64,000 bases of DNA from the IMG/VR virus record IMGVR_UViG_3300017613_002261; one strand, written 5' to 3'. Within the stretch, counting starts at the first letter, position 1. Each line of letters starts with the position of its first letter. A model generated the notes under the pieces. It had not been told where the DNA came from. It worked only from the letters and a program-made list of their open reading frames with translations, and made no database searches. The DNA comes from a virus. The position numbers were made by a program, and so were the translations under genes. This document shows positions 16,933 to 27,450 of this stretch, piece after piece.

Positions 16933-17919
16933 TTACTTTAATAAGTAAGTAACTAAACCTCTCTTATTAGTCTTAGCTTTATACTCAGATGATATGTTAA
17001 TTATACCTTTTGAGGAATACTCTTTAAATTTCTTCTGAGCCCAATTAATACGAAATAAATCACTCTTTACTTCTCTTGAGGTGTTAATATTAGTATTATT
17101 AAATTTGTAAGGGTTTGTATCATTACAAAGATTAGTAGCAACAATATTAAAATTCTCTGGAGCTATCTGATAAACCCATAACTCCCTATGATGAAAAAAT
17201 GAATAGGAAGATCTTATTCTCTCATACTTCCCTGGATAAATAGACCATACAACTTTCTTATTCTTAAATGAAGAGATTAAAGGAGTAACTTCTTCGGAAT
17301 TCTTAATATCTGTGGCAATTGATTTGCTAAGAATAAGAGATAATAAAGACTTGGATAAAGGTAGTTTCTTCATTATTCTTAGTGATCTCTGTAAATATGA
17401 CTGTACTCTAAATTGACGTCCAATCTCCATCTTAATAGTTTTACGATGTCTTATCCAGGATTCATCTTTAGAATTCTTATTAATAAATGGAAGTGATTTG
17501 ACAATATCTCTAAATCCAGAAAGATCTACAGCGTAGAAATTATCTATATTAATATTGAATATATGTTCTAACGCTCTTACTGCTCCAAATGCAGTAAGGA
17601 AAGGGTATAAACCATTGATTCGGTAATATCCTTTTGTTGGGATGTCTATTAGAGTTTCTCTAGGAAATCCGATAACATGAATATGATTTGAATAGTCTAA
17701 GATTAACATCGTCACATCATTCCGGCCACGAACACAATTAGATGCTTTATCATCTATTCCCATAAATAGATATGTAGAGGGTTCTGAACTAGTATTAACG
17801 TTAACAGTCTTTGTATCTTTAGAAGGTACTAAGAAATAAAAAAGATATAGAAGTACTACAGAGTAAAATAAAACTCGAAGAGACAGATGTAACCAAAATT
17901 CTCTAGATAATTTAAACAT
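16933..17919 (-). CDS. LytR-Cps2A-Psr (LCP) family protein with N-terminal TM anchor
   Basis: YLFMGIDD...RNDVTMLILD...GFPRETLIDIP...INGLY...IDNFYAVDLSGFRDIV pattern. Confidence 0.6.
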   Translation of the reverse strand: MFKLSREFWLHLSLRVLFYSVVLLYLFYFLVPSKDTKTVNVNTSSEPSTYLFMGIDDKASNCVRGRNDVTMLILDYSNHIHVIGFPRETLIDIPTKGYYRINGLYPFLTAFGAVRALEHIFNINIDNFYAVDLSGFRDIVKSLPFINKNSKDESWIRHRKTIKMEIGRQFRVQSYLQRSLRIMKKLPLSKSLLSLILSKSIATDIKNSEEVTPLISSFKNKKVVWSIYPGKYERIRSSYSFFHHRELWVYQIAPENFNIVATNLCNDTNPYKFNNTNINTSREVKSDLFRINWAQKKFKEYSSKGIINISSEYKAKTNKRGLVTYLLK

Positions 17920-17921
17920 AT

Positions 17922-18815
17922 TTAAATCCTCTTTGTTAGAGAAACTTTAGGTTTAGATAATACTTTCCAAGGAATCTGATCATGCTTAACAATAAAGCCA
18001 CAGGCTTTAGCATGACCCCCACCATCATATTTCTTTGCTGTAACTGAAAGATCAATGTCTTTATCAGTGTACATAGAACATTTAAACTTATCTCTTTTAT
18101 GAAAATATGCAAGCATGCCGTCATACTTCTTCGGATCCCACTTAGATTCAAATGCGGTAGAACCTAAGACACCACAACACGCAAGAAGTTTTAAACCGTC
18201 CAATGTTACATCAAAACTTGCTTTCATAGCTCTTTTGTTATTATTCTTTAAATAAGATTGGATTATTCTGCCTTGTGCCAAGGTCTTGTCTATTAAATCT
18301 TGCTGAGATAATATTTCCCACATCTGAGGATCTTTAGCAGAAGTAACTAAGATCTCTGAACCATACTGAAAAGGAATTACGAAATTCTCCCAATAATCTT
18401 CACTCCTCTTCTTCCAGATATCAAAATCTGCGAAAAACTGAAGTCCTATAGGAATAGATACTTCTGGATAAAAGAATTCCCACGTCAATTGACATGCTGC
18501 TTTTGTAGTGTTATATGACCCTGCAATACCTGTTAAGTCTAGCTTCTCTCCTACTGTCTTATGATGATCTATTAAGAAGAAATACGGTGAATAGCTCACT
18601 AATTTATCTAGTAGTTCCTGGTTCTCGGGGCTAAAGTCTACCATATAAACGGCAGTATCTTTGTCTATGAGGTTAAACGGAATCTTTTTTCCATAAGACA
18701 TTTCTTCAAATATAAAATCATATTTCGGATAACAAACTTTATAAAAGTTCTTTACTATCGCTGCTGAAGCCCATCCATCAAAGTCCCCATGATAGAGACA
18801 TAAAACTTTATTCAT
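17922..18815 (-). CDS. DHH-family phosphoesterase
   Basis: HGDFDGWASAA (DHH motif I/II region), LIDHHKT and GGGHAKACGF (DHHA1). The ATG at 18815 overlaps the upstream TAA. Confidence 0.7.
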   Translation of the reverse strand: MNKVLCLYHGDFDGWASAAIVKNFYKVCYPKYDFIFEEMSYGKKIPFNLIDKDTAVYMVDFSPENQELLDKLVSYSPYFFLIDHHKTVGEKLDLTGIAGSYNTTKAACQLTWEFFYPEVSIPIGLQFFADFDIWKKRSEDYWENFVIPFQYGSEILVTSAKDPQMWEILSQQDLIDKTLAQGRIIQSYLKNNNKRAMKASFDVTLDGLKLLACCGVLGSTAFESKWDPKKYDGMLAYFHKRDKFKCSMYTDKDIDLSVTAKKYDGGGHAKACGFIVKHDQIPWKVLSKPKVSLTKRI

Positions 18816-19911
18816 CTGCTTCTTCCTCTTCAACAACAGATACTGTCACTGGTTCGAACTTCTGTGAATAAATTGGTGGAGTAAAGAAAAACGTCCCTAC
18901 CTTCTTTTGAATTTTAAGATTCAATTCGACAGTATCTCCAACACGAGAACTATATGATAAGTATTTCTCATAAAAATCATAAGATGGAATCTCTACATCA
19001 AATGTTAATTTCCAAAATGACGACTTTCTACAAGGAAAAGGCATATTTCTTTCTGCAAGATATCTGGAAAAGTTGAAGTCTTCTAAAAGATTTTCTGCTA
19101 AAGTCCCATCTATAGAACGTAGACCATAGTAACCTCCTTCAACATCTTTGTAAGAAATGGTAAAATCTTTGTGAGACTTGATAAGCTCAAATAACTGAAC
19201 ATTAAATTGATCGAATAATTGCATTGGATTTTCGGAATAATGATTCATTATACCAAATATTTTACTTGGTGTTGCTGTCTTCTCTAACTTAGCAGGGGAT
19301 TCAAATCCAAGATTTAAGTCATTGTTAAAGAAATAAGGTCTTAAAGCCATAGGGGAAAATGCAACACTCGAGAAATCAAAAGAGAAACCCATGCGATAAG
19401 AGCCGCCAATGTCTAGTTCGCTATCTGTATCACTGAATAAGAAAACATATCTTACTGCTTCATCAGAAAGATATGCTCTAAAATCTGAGCATCTATCAAG
19501 CATTGGTTGGATCTTCTCAAAGGAATTATGAATCATCATTGCTGTTACATGTTCAGCCCAAAATCCTAAAGCTGTTAAGTCTATTCCGAATTTAAAATTG
19601 ATCACTAAATCCTGGTCTGCCTGATTAAAAACATCTGCAACAGCGTTATAAATGTTTACTGAACCCTCAGGAATTATTTCATCTGCTTTTAAAATACTAT
19701 TTGAAAGACATGCGGTCTTAAGTAAACTACTAAAAGCTGCTTTTGATGAAATCTCGTAGGATGCATCACCTACCACAAGACTAGGAAATACTGAGCCCTC
19801 ACTCGGGATCAGTTTAGCATTCCTCAAATTAAATGATGAATATGTGCCTTCTATAAAAGAAGCTTTAAAAGTGTTAAATGATTCTTTATCCCTACAAATT
19901 AAATCTAACAT
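18808..19911 (-). CDS. hypothetical protein
   Basis: Long ORF. I prefer the ATG at 19911 (GGAG RBS) over the GTG at 19944. Confidence 0.55.
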   Translation of the reverse strand: MLDLICRDKESFNTFKASFIEGTYSSFNLRNAKLIPSEGSVFPSLVVGDASYEISSKAAFSSLLKTACLSNSILKADEIIPEGSVNIYNAVADVFNQADQDLVINFKFGIDLTALGFWAEHVTAMMIHNSFEKIQPMLDRCSDFRAYLSDEAVRYVFLFSDTDSELDIGGSYRMGFSFDFSSVAFSPMALRPYFFNNDLNLGFESPAKLEKTATPSKIFGIMNHYSENPMQLFDQFNVQLFELIKSHKDFTISYKDVEGGYYGLRSIDGTLAENLLEDFNFSRYLAERNMPFPCRKSSFWKLTFDVEIPSYDFYEKYLSYSSRVGDTVELNLKIQKKVGTFFFTPPIYSQKFEPVTVSVVEEEEADE

Positions 19912-19972
19912 AATTATCTCCAAATATGAGTTATAATATTCCACTCATTAATATATAAATTAAAATTATTAA

Positions 19973-20146
19973 TTAAAACATCTGTTTAGATGCTTTAGAA
20001 GAGTCTCCCTCTGGTACTGCAGTAGAGGAGCTCTTAAGATTCTCCTGAAATTCTTTTTCCTCCAATTTATTATCAGGATGAACTCGTACTCTACGAATCT
20101 GCCCGTTCTTGTCTATAACCTCTTTAATGGGCCAATCTCTTTTCAT
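19973..20146 (-). CDS. 57-aa hypothetical protein
   Basis: MKRDWPIKEVIDKNGQIRRVRVHPDNKLEEKEF... fills the gap between two long genes. Below the track's cut-off. Confidence 0.4.
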   Translation of the reverse strand: MKRDWPIKEVIDKNGQIRRVRVHPDNKLEEKEFQENLKSSSTAVPEGDSSKASKQMF

Positions 20147-20155
20147 AAGAAAACC

Positions 20156-23100
20156 TTAATCATCCTTTATCTGATGGTAAAGACATTTTCTTCCTACAGG
20201 CTTTCTTGAGAAAGATGTCTGCTCTACCGGTTTAGAGCAGACATCACAGTAATCTGTTTCTTTCCCTGTTAAGATTGATTCTTCCAGAAATTCCCCCATA
20301 CAAAGAATAATATTCTTATAAAGAGACTTTCCTTTAAGACCTATAGCTTCTAAGAAAAGATAAGGATTAACAGAAGTTGGGATTTGAAAATAAAGAAATA
20401 AAGCATCCTCACCTTGTCTGTTCTTCCCCCATGCGGGAACTACAAGTTTAGGTTCCCAATCTGCGTCGTATTCAAATACTTGCATCTTGGATCTTGTTAC
20501 TTCCTTCTTTTTCTTGAGCTTAATTGACTTCTCTAGATTGGACATACTATCGAAGAAATCAGCCGTATTAGAATGACCTTTAAGCTCCGCTCTGTATAGA
20601 GACCAGTAAGGAGATGATTTTGGCATTCTTTCGTACTCGAAATCCCGAACATCATTTATAATAAATCCCTTATTGATTACTTTATTCATTTCAGGAATTA
20701 AAGATTTAATCCAATCAAGATCAATTCTCTCTTTCATTTCAATAACAAAGTGCATTTCTCCATAAATCCAATCGAAAAAACCACTACTCTCACATTTGTC
20801 TCTTGTAGATCCTAAGACTCTAACAAAATCCTTGTGAGTAAATGTATAGCCATCATGTTCTTTTCCTTCCATTACTTGCAAAAAAGAAGTTCCTACAGCT
20901 CTTGACTGAGATACTCTTGATATTACACGATACTCTGGATTAGTTATTTGAGTTTTGAAAAGAAGACGATGTTTAACCCTATTTCTATCTCTTATAATAG
21001 ATATTAAACCATTCGGATCTATCTTTGATATATCAGGTAATCTTCTATGAGTCTGTCTCTTAATCGTCTTCTTATCCTTGCAATAACCACAAGCAAGACA
21101 ATTCGGTTTCTGATTTGCTAAAGTACGGAGACAATAATTAGTTGAAACATTACCTACACAATTTTTGTAAATTCTATAAAAATACTTCTTCGTTTTAACA
21201 ATATCAATGTAATCCGTTGGAAAGATGAAATCTTCAGGTTTCTCTTTAACATACTCTTCTAGATTGATACCTGCTTTTCGAACAAGATACTCGAATAGAG
21301 GGGCTTCTTTATCTTTACACGCCCAGTCTGTTGGATGACGTAATCCCTCAAATAAAAACTCCATGGATGCTTGCGTAAATCTTCTATCACAAAATGTGTA
21401 AACCTGAGTGAATAAAGAATGAGCTAATCGTCCAGAAGTTCTTACTCTCATGTTATGCTGGTATAAAATCTCTAATATATCCCCAAGAGAATTAACAGGT
21501 TTTTGATGAATCATTCTCTCAACAGTAGTCATAGGAGCCCAACGAAGAGCCGTGTAGGGAGACATATTAAGAGTAGTGAAACTCCAACGTAATGTTGTAG
21601 GAGAACCATATTTAAGTTTGCAGTAATTCATATGCCTACATAATCTTTCTAATTCTTCTGAATCCTCTGCAGTTTCCATACCCGAAGCAATACAATAAAA
21701 CTTTATCTCCGTATATCTCTTCTTAATGAAATGCTCTGTGGCAATACATATTTCTTCAAAGGTCAGTACCTTATTAAAGTAATTTCTAATACGCTCACTA
21801 ACTCCTTCTAGTGCAAGTGTTACCTGCCGTGAGCCACATATTCCTTGATAATCAGCTAAAACAGGGTAACTGGCAATCATATCTGTTCTCTGGGACATAA
21901 ATGTCTCAGATCCATATATCTTCGCCGTCTCCATAATTAACTCAGGGAATTCAGAATAATAACTGAAATTAAATGAGAATGCATTCCCTTCATCGGCTGC
22001 TGTACGGATGTGAGATCTTTCCATCGCCTTGAGAACATTGTCTAAAGATTTCTCTCGCCATCTACCTGAGGAGGATCCCTCAATACAAAAAGAGCAATTG
22101 CCTCCAGGAGTACATGCCTTCGATATTATAATATCAGAGGATACTGACTGAGAATGTGCATGGAAAACGTTCATATCCATATTAGGAACATCATCGAAAT
22201 TATCTGTCTCGATGAAATATTTCTTTATCTTTCCGTCAGGATAGAATTTCTCAAGTTCTGAGTATTTCTCAACATTCAGTCTTGTAGTCTTCTGGATCCC
22301 TTTGTCATGATCAATCCACTCCGCAATCCACTTCTCTCCTTCAAAATATCCAGTAGATAATGGAAAATGTTTGTATAGATTTAATAAAGTCTCTTCCTTA
22401 TGTAATCGATGATCCTCACCTTTGACTTTCCATTTGTCGATATTCTCGCATAACCCTGAAAGTAAATCAGGAAAAATAACTTCCCCGTCGCCTATACAAG
22501 TCGCATCAATAATCCCTCGATGAGTCTCTTCAACTCCTTCAGGGTTCTTATATTTAATATCTCCATAAAGATATTCTGACATCTGAGCTGATACTCCGCC
22601 CATGATTAATAATGGTTCGTTTGTTTTCATTCTATTTTCTTTAAGAATGTTCATACCACCGTGCCATAATATTAAAGGCACATTCAATGCTTCAGCACAA
22701 ATACTATGACTAAAGCCTATAACATCGAAATCTTCCATAGGTTTGGATGACATACGACCAAATCCCATACGGATATTTCCTTTCTTGCATATCTTATGAT
22801 AATCATTGGTCTTACATGGAAAGAAGCTAACATCTAGAAATATCTTCTTTCCAGAAGTCTGTTCCCAAGTTCTGATAATAGTATATAGTGATTTAATTGT
22901 AGAGGACATCCCTTTTGTCTCGAAATCAACCATATAATGAAGTAAGAATTTTAAATCAGCTTCTTCCCAAGATGGGTTATCGAAATTCTGATAAAAATCA
23001 GTAAAATCTTGCTGACAACATTCTAAGCTATGACGGTTATCTCGAAAGTATTTTAACGACTCCTCTACACTGAGAGGAGTATTTCTTACTGAAAAATAAG

Positions 23101-23281
23101 GATATAGATCAGACTCCCAAGATTGCCCTGGTAAGGGAGAGAAATTACGAGGTTTCTTAAACTTAGCCTCTTGTGTCTTTACTCCCTCCTCAAAGGGATC
23201 TCCTGATAATGTTTTAGGAGTGGCTTCCTGTGGTCGAGGAGTAACTTCTTCTTTGATTATTTCTTCTTGAGAGTCTGACAT
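20156..23281 (-). CDS. large fused radical-SAM protein (B12-binding-like N-domain + radical SAM core + DUF2344-like C-domain; TIGR03960/TIGR03936-like)
   Basis: IISKACTPGGNCSFCIEGSSSGRWREKS resembles the EISRGCxxGCRFCQAG...RERS core of that family. The N-terminal GFSHS...LLIMGG resembles a Rossmann-type domain. 1041 aa. Confidence 0.65.
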   Translation of the reverse strand: MSDSQEEIIKEEVTPRPQEATPKTLSGDPFEEGVKTQEAKFKKPRNFSPLPGQSWESDLYPYFSVRNTPLSVEESLKYFRDNRHSLECCQQDFTDFYQNFDNPSWEEADLKFLLHYMVDFETKGMSSTIKSLYTIIRTWEQTSGKKIFLDVSFFPCKTNDYHKICKKGNIRMGFGRMSSKPMEDFDVIGFSHSICAEALNVPLILWHGGMNILKENRMKTNEPLLIMGGVSAQMSEYLYGDIKYKNPEGVEETHRGIIDATCIGDGEVIFPDLLSGLCENIDKWKVKGEDHRLHKEETLLNLYKHFPLSTGYFEGEKWIAEWIDHDKGIQKTTRLNVEKYSELEKFYPDGKIKKYFIETDNFDDVPNMDMNVFHAHSQSVSSDIIISKACTPGGNCSFCIEGSSSGRWREKSLDNVLKAMERSHIRTAADEGNAFSFNFSYYSEFPELIMETAKIYGSETFMSQRTDMIASYPVLADYQGICGSRQVTLALEGVSERIRNYFNKVLTFEEICIATEHFIKKRYTEIKFYCIASGMETAEDSEELERLCRHMNYCKLKYGSPTTLRWSFTTLNMSPYTALRWAPMTTVERMIHQKPVNSLGDILEILYQHNMRVRTSGRLAHSLFTQVYTFCDRRFTQASMEFLFEGLRHPTDWACKDKEAPLFEYLVRKAGINLEEYVKEKPEDFIFPTDYIDIVKTKKYFYRIYKNCVGNVSTNYCLRTLANQKPNCLACGYCKDKKTIKRQTHRRLPDISKIDPNGLISIIRDRNRVKHRLLFKTQITNPEYRVISRVSQSRAVGTSFLQVMEGKEHDGYTFTHKDFVRVLGSTRDKCESSGFFDWIYGEMHFVIEMKERIDLDWIKSLIPEMNKVINKGFIINDVRDFEYERMPKSSPYWSLYRAELKGHSNTADFFDSMSNLEKSIKLKKKKEVTRSKMQVFEYDADWEPKLVVPAWGKNRQGEDALFLYFQIPTSVNPYLFLEAIGLKGKSLYKNIILCMGEFLEESILTGKETDYCDVCSKPVEQTSFSRKPVGRKCLYHQIKDD

Positions 23282-23308
23282 CTTATATCCTATATAAATT
23301 AATTGCTT

Positions 23309-24814
23309 TTAAGCAGGAGCTGTTTGTGCTTCAGCTGCGGCTTCCTTCTTTGCTTTCTCTGCAGCTATTACCTTACGTGATTTAAGTACAGACGATTTAT
23401 CTGACGCTGAAATATGAAGAATAGACTTGCGGTCTAAATCATTCATACAGGAAGTGAATCCTGAGATATTCTTATACACAGTGAGATTGAAGTTTTCTGG
23501 GTCAATACACTTGAGCGTATCAGTGAACTTCTTAATATCAATAAAGGTTACAAAGTCTTTTGGATTGAAACCATCAACAGTTTTCAGCATTTCTATAGGA
23601 ACCCTTTCACTAGAAACACGGCGACCTTGAGTCTCTGCCGATATAATAAGGAATTTTAAACTGTCTGTAACTGAAATATCTAAGGTTGTTTTACCTTCAA
23701 GAACTAAAGAAAGTATCTTCAAAGCTCTCTTAAATAGAACAGTGTTTATGTTAAATGACATCTCAATTTCATTCACAGTATCATACGTCTTCAATGCATT
23801 AACTGTTATAAAACCATCAGTAGTGATAGGAAAGCTAATATAATTAGTAAACTCATCACCTGATAGAGAAATATACATCATACCACTGTCTCCAGGGTTA
23901 ACATAATATTTCACATCAATACCAGAGGTTTTAAAAACTGAGAGATACATAATAATCTTTTGAATATCTCCAGGTAAAATGGAAAATGCCTTATCACCTG
24001 CTTCAGGAAATTTATAACTAAGAACCAGTCCTTTATCATTCGCAAAAAGATCGCTCTCTTTAACTACCACATTTTGAAGAGTTCCTCCACTACAAATGAA
24101 CTTGCTGATAAAGTAAAAACCATTATAAGCAACATCCATCTTAGAATTAAACCACTCTTCCATAGCTTCAGGGATAATCTCTGAGAAATGGTTAGGAATA
24201 CCAACAACATTTCGATCCATATGAACCTTACTAACGCCCGCTGCATATTCCAAAGTAATGTGTTTATCATAAATTAAAATTCTCTTCCGTGATTTAATCA
24301 GTTTAAACAGTTCCCATACTTTAAAAGCGTCTAAATCAATAGAAACACCTTCATCTTTAAGAACTTCAAAACTCTCTAAAGTGAACTCCTTATAAATGTT
24401 ACACTGCATGCTAGTGGCCATACAATAACATTTCTTTTTCGACAGATGAACATGAACGGATCTAAGAATAAGATCCTTGCTTGTACTGTTAAGCACAGAT
24501 ATACAAGCACCTAAAGAGGATATAAACTCATTATTTACATAAAAATAATCTGTATCCGGATCTGGGAAATCTACACTAACTGCATTTGGTTTAGGCTCGC
24601 CCTCTAAAGCAGCTGATACATCAAAAGGACTTTCAAAATCTTCTGCAAAATCAGGTCTCTTATCATCACCAAATGTTTTAAGTTCAGGAGCTGAAGTAGT
24701 TCTGCCGTCAGGCAGTGTTCTCAACTGCTGATTATTTTCATTAGTATCTCCAATTTTATCTTCTTTAAGAACATCAACGCCGTCGACTTTCTCAAACTTT
24801 TCTTCTGTTGTCAT
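23309..24814 (-). CDS. hypothetical protein, possibly a beta-clamp-like processivity factor with N-terminal extension
   Basis: About 370 aa after a charged N-terminal extension. The LILRSVHVHLSKKKCYCMATSMQ segment resembles the start of DnaN. Weak. Confidence 0.3.
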   Translation of the reverse strand: MTTEEKFEKVDGVDVLKEDKIGDTNENNQQLRTLPDGRTTSAPELKTFGDDKRPDFAEDFESPFDVSAALEGEPKPNAVSVDFPDPDTDYFYVNNEFISSLGACISVLNSTSKDLILRSVHVHLSKKKCYCMATSMQCNIYKEFTLESFEVLKDEGVSIDLDAFKVWELFKLIKSRKRILIYDKHITLEYAAGVSKVHMDRNVVGIPNHFSEIIPEAMEEWFNSKMDVAYNGFYFISKFICSGGTLQNVVVKESDLFANDKGLVLSYKFPEAGDKAFSILPGDIQKIIMYLSVFKTSGIDVKYYVNPGDSGMMYISLSGDEFTNYISFPITTDGFITVNALKTYDTVNEIEMSFNINTVLFKRALKILSLVLEGKTTLDISVTDSLKFLIISAETQGRRVSSERVPIEMLKTVDGFNPKDFVTFIDIKKFTDTLKCIDPENFNLTVYKNISGFTSCMNDLDRKSILHISASDKSSVLKSRKVIAAEKAKKEAAAEAQTAPA

Positions 24815-24861
24815 ATATAAAACTCCTATTTAATATTAATTATTACAAAGCACAAACAAAC

Positions 24862-25332
24862 TTATTCTTTCTTTTTATCTATAAAATCTACCGACACTTC
24901 TTCCTTTACATTTAAAGTATCCATAGCTCCTTCCTTAAAAGGAGATTTTCCTTCTTTCCAATCTTTCTTATCCCAATCTACATTTTCAAACATCTTTGAA
25001 ATTAGTAAATGGTATTGATACCACGTAAGGTTATCCAACTTATGGACTTTAGAAACAGGGAATTTAATTATTGATAAATCAGCTTTTACTTTGCTCAGGT
25101 TAACTTTAACTAAGCATTTATCACATGCTTTGATAACAGAAACTACCCAGGGATCATTCTTAACTGCCACCTGAATTAATGTTTCATGAACATCCTTAAC
25201 ATGCTTTCTACAAATCATACATCTATTAGATTTTACAACTTTGTCCTCAGTCTCTTCTTTACCTACAGAAGATTTCTCTCTTTCAGGCATAACTACTTTA
25301 GAATAAGGTTTGACATTTCTTTTCTTCTGCAT
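24862..25332 (-). CDS. hypothetical protein (CxxC...CxxC)
   Basis: 156-aa ORF with CMICRK...CDKC. Confidence 0.55.
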   Translation of the reverse strand: MQKKRNVKPYSKVVMPEREKSSVGKEETEDKVVKSNRCMICRKHVKDVHETLIQVAVKNDPWVVSVIKACDKCLVKVNLSKVKADLSIIKFPVSKVHKLDNLTWYQYHLLISKMFENVDWDKKDWKEGKSPFKEGAMDTLNVKEEVSVDFIDKKKE

Positions 25333-25335
25333 TGT

Positions 25336-26382
25336 TTAATCCTTAACAAGAGAGCTTAGTACTCCCTTCTTGAAATCTATCTTTGGGTTAATACAGTGAT
25401 CCTTAACAGAACATCTCTTACACCAACGTCCATTAGTATCGAATTTATTCTTATTTGGATAATTTAAACATTTCTTCAATAATTTGAATTGTACTGCAAA
25501 TAAGTGTTGAAGATCTTCAAATTTATCCCATTGGTACAATTCAACTTGACCTGTATTAAAATAATAAAAGCCCACGTGCTTTACTCCATGAAGCATTGCA
25601 GGAAATAATGGTTGAAATAGATTAGGAGACTTGACCTTCTGATCATCCGATAAAAGAGTCACAGATGCAAAATCTTCTGGAAATATATTCTGGTTAAATA
25701 TACCCGGTCTTGAAGGAATGTTCCGAGAGGGAGTGTTCTTGCCGTCGAATGAAATTAAAGGATCATCCCCGCTGTAAATAATAAAATCTGCTGCTCCCGC
25801 AATAACCTGTCTCATGTATTCTTTCTTTGATCTTGAAACATAATAAACTGGGAAATCCCAATTAACCTCAGGATGGATAAAGATATTAGGAGATAAACCA
25901 TACATCTTAAGGAAAAAGTCTAAAGAATTACGGATTAAATCTAGATTGAAATCAGGAGCATTTCCCTCCCCATTATATTCTGATACAGGAACTTCTTCTA
26001 TAACTTCCTGCATAATGCCTGTTAAGATTTCCTCTGTATAAGCTCTGAAATGATTGTAATAAGCACAAAACTTATGGAAAAATAATTGAAGTCGGCTGCC
26101 ATTAAATGTAGTGTCAGTTTGAATGAATGGATCTTGCTTTACACACTCTCCATATTTTAACCAGAAATCTTGTTCACAGCTAAGGAAGTTTCCTAACGAT
26201 GAAGGAGATATTGCTTTTATTTTAGGTTTGAGGAAAATTGACTTATTCTTAAACTCATTGACACATGAACTTAAAAGGAAACTATCTTTCCTATCCATAA
26301 TATTTGGAATGTACACATCATAATTAGAATATGTAAGTAACTTCTTCTCTGCTAAAGCAGCATAAACATCTTTATTTATCAT
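25336..26382 (-). CDS. PD-(D/E)XK Cas4/RecB-like exonuclease
   Basis: One N-terminal Cys (LSCEQDFW) plus a C-terminal CKRCSVKDHC cluster (C-x2-C-x5-C), typical of Cas4-type Fe-S nucleases. Confidence 0.5.
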   Translation of the reverse strand: MINKDVYAALAEKKLLTYSNYDVYIPNIMDRKDSFLLSSCVNEFKNKSIFLKPKIKAISPSSLGNFLSCEQDFWLKYGECVKQDPFIQTDTTFNGSRLQLFFHKFCAYYNHFRAYTEEILTGIMQEVIEEVPVSEYNGEGNAPDFNLDLIRNSLDFFLKMYGLSPNIFIHPEVNWDFPVYYVSRSKKEYMRQVIAGAADFIIYSGDDPLISFDGKNTPSRNIPSRPGIFNQNIFPEDFASVTLLSDDQKVKSPNLFQPLFPAMLHGVKHVGFYYFNTGQVELYQWDKFEDLQHLFAVQFKLLKKCLNYPNKNKFDTNGRWCKRCSVKDHCINPKIDFKKGVLSSLVKD

Positions 26383-26385
26383 AGA

Positions 26386-27450
26386 TTAAAATCCTCTGTT
26401 CTGTAACTTAACGTCTAGATAATCTCTTACGCCCTCATCGGGAGAGTGTTCAGCAATAAGATCTCTTATCCGTTTACCACTTCTTTCTTTATTAGAGTCA
26501 GAAGCTGAAAATATTACCTCTGATAAAGATCTCATAGAATCTCTAAAAGAGTCAATATCATTCTTGACCTCTCTTCTTGTCATATAAAATACCCTTCTAG
26601 GCTCTTCAATAGGAATCTTCGTATACTCTACATCCCAAGTACCTGAGGACTGCTTTACTGATACTACAGCAACTTTAGGAGCTCTCTTATGCTCGTCCTC
26701 TGCGTTATGATATCTAGATAAGGCCCCCGGCTGGATAAAAGTCATTCCGTTATGTTCGTAAGTGCCTTTATCTGCATGCTCATGACCAACAAGCGTTGCG
26801 GTAGGATTGAAGGATTTTAATAGCTTAAAGTTTACACCGTATTTAGCGTAGTAATCTGATTCTATCAATTGATGAACCATAAAGAATAAATACTGATAAG
26901 GATGATCCTTCATTTCCTCTAAATAAGAGTAACACTGCTTATGAACAAATGAATCTACTTCAATATTCTGAGAAGAATAAGGAAGAGCAACTACACGGAA
27001 GTAGTCTCCTATTTCTAAAGATGTGAATGGAATAAGACTGCCATCATTAATATACCATGATATAGGAGATTCAAATAAAGTCGCATAACTAGTTAGTGTA
27101 TCATGGTTTCCTGGATTAAAGAAAATGGATAATCCATATTTCTTCACCATATTTGAAATAAGGAATTTATGTTCTTCTCTGTTTGACTCTCTAGATACCG
27201 AAGTATTGAAGTCTCCTCCACAAAGAACAAAACGACATCCCTGAGCCTTCGCATGATTTAATGCCCAATCTAATTTACGTATTATTGTCATCGGGTAATT
27301 ATCATATCTACCTGCAGGAGGAATTGAAGACATATGAGAATCTGAAAAATATAAGAATTTGAAATCTCCCGCAGAGTTATACCTATAATTAAAATTGTAA
27401 TTCTGTAGAAGATTATTTGATATATCTTTATTAGACGTTATATTTTCCAT
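26386..27450 (-). CDS. sbcD: SbcD/Mre11-type nuclease (calcineurin-like phosphoesterase)
   Basis: YFSDSHMS, LCGGDFN, GNHD and GHEH motifs in the canonical order. Confidence 0.8.
   Translation of the reverse strand: MENITSNKDISNNLLQNYNFNYRYNSAGDFKFLYFSDSHMSSIPPAGRYDNYPMTIIRKLDWALNHAKAQGCRFVLCGGDFNTSVSRESNREEHKFLISNMVKKYGLSIFFNPGNHDTLTSYATLFESPISWYINDGSLIPFTSLEIGDYFRVVALPYSSQNIEVDSFVHKQCYSYLEEMKDHPYQYLFFMVHQLIESDYYAKYGVNFKLLKSFNPTATLVGHEHADKGTYEHNGMTFIQPGALSRYHNAEDEHKRAPKVAVVSVKQSSGTWDVEYTKIPIEEPRRVFYMTRREVKNDIDSFRDSMRSLSEVIFSASDSNKERSGKRIRDLIAEHSPDEGVRDYLDVKLQNRGF

Noticed and set aside
18547-18558. A 12-nt exact match (tctcctactgtc) to the conserved intergenic element, inside the DHH gene.
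   Set aside because: None of the flanking conserved blocks (AGTTCT..GTACCCTGTTAATTT or AATGGGTTAGAG) are present, and the match is in coding sequence. Likely coincidence.
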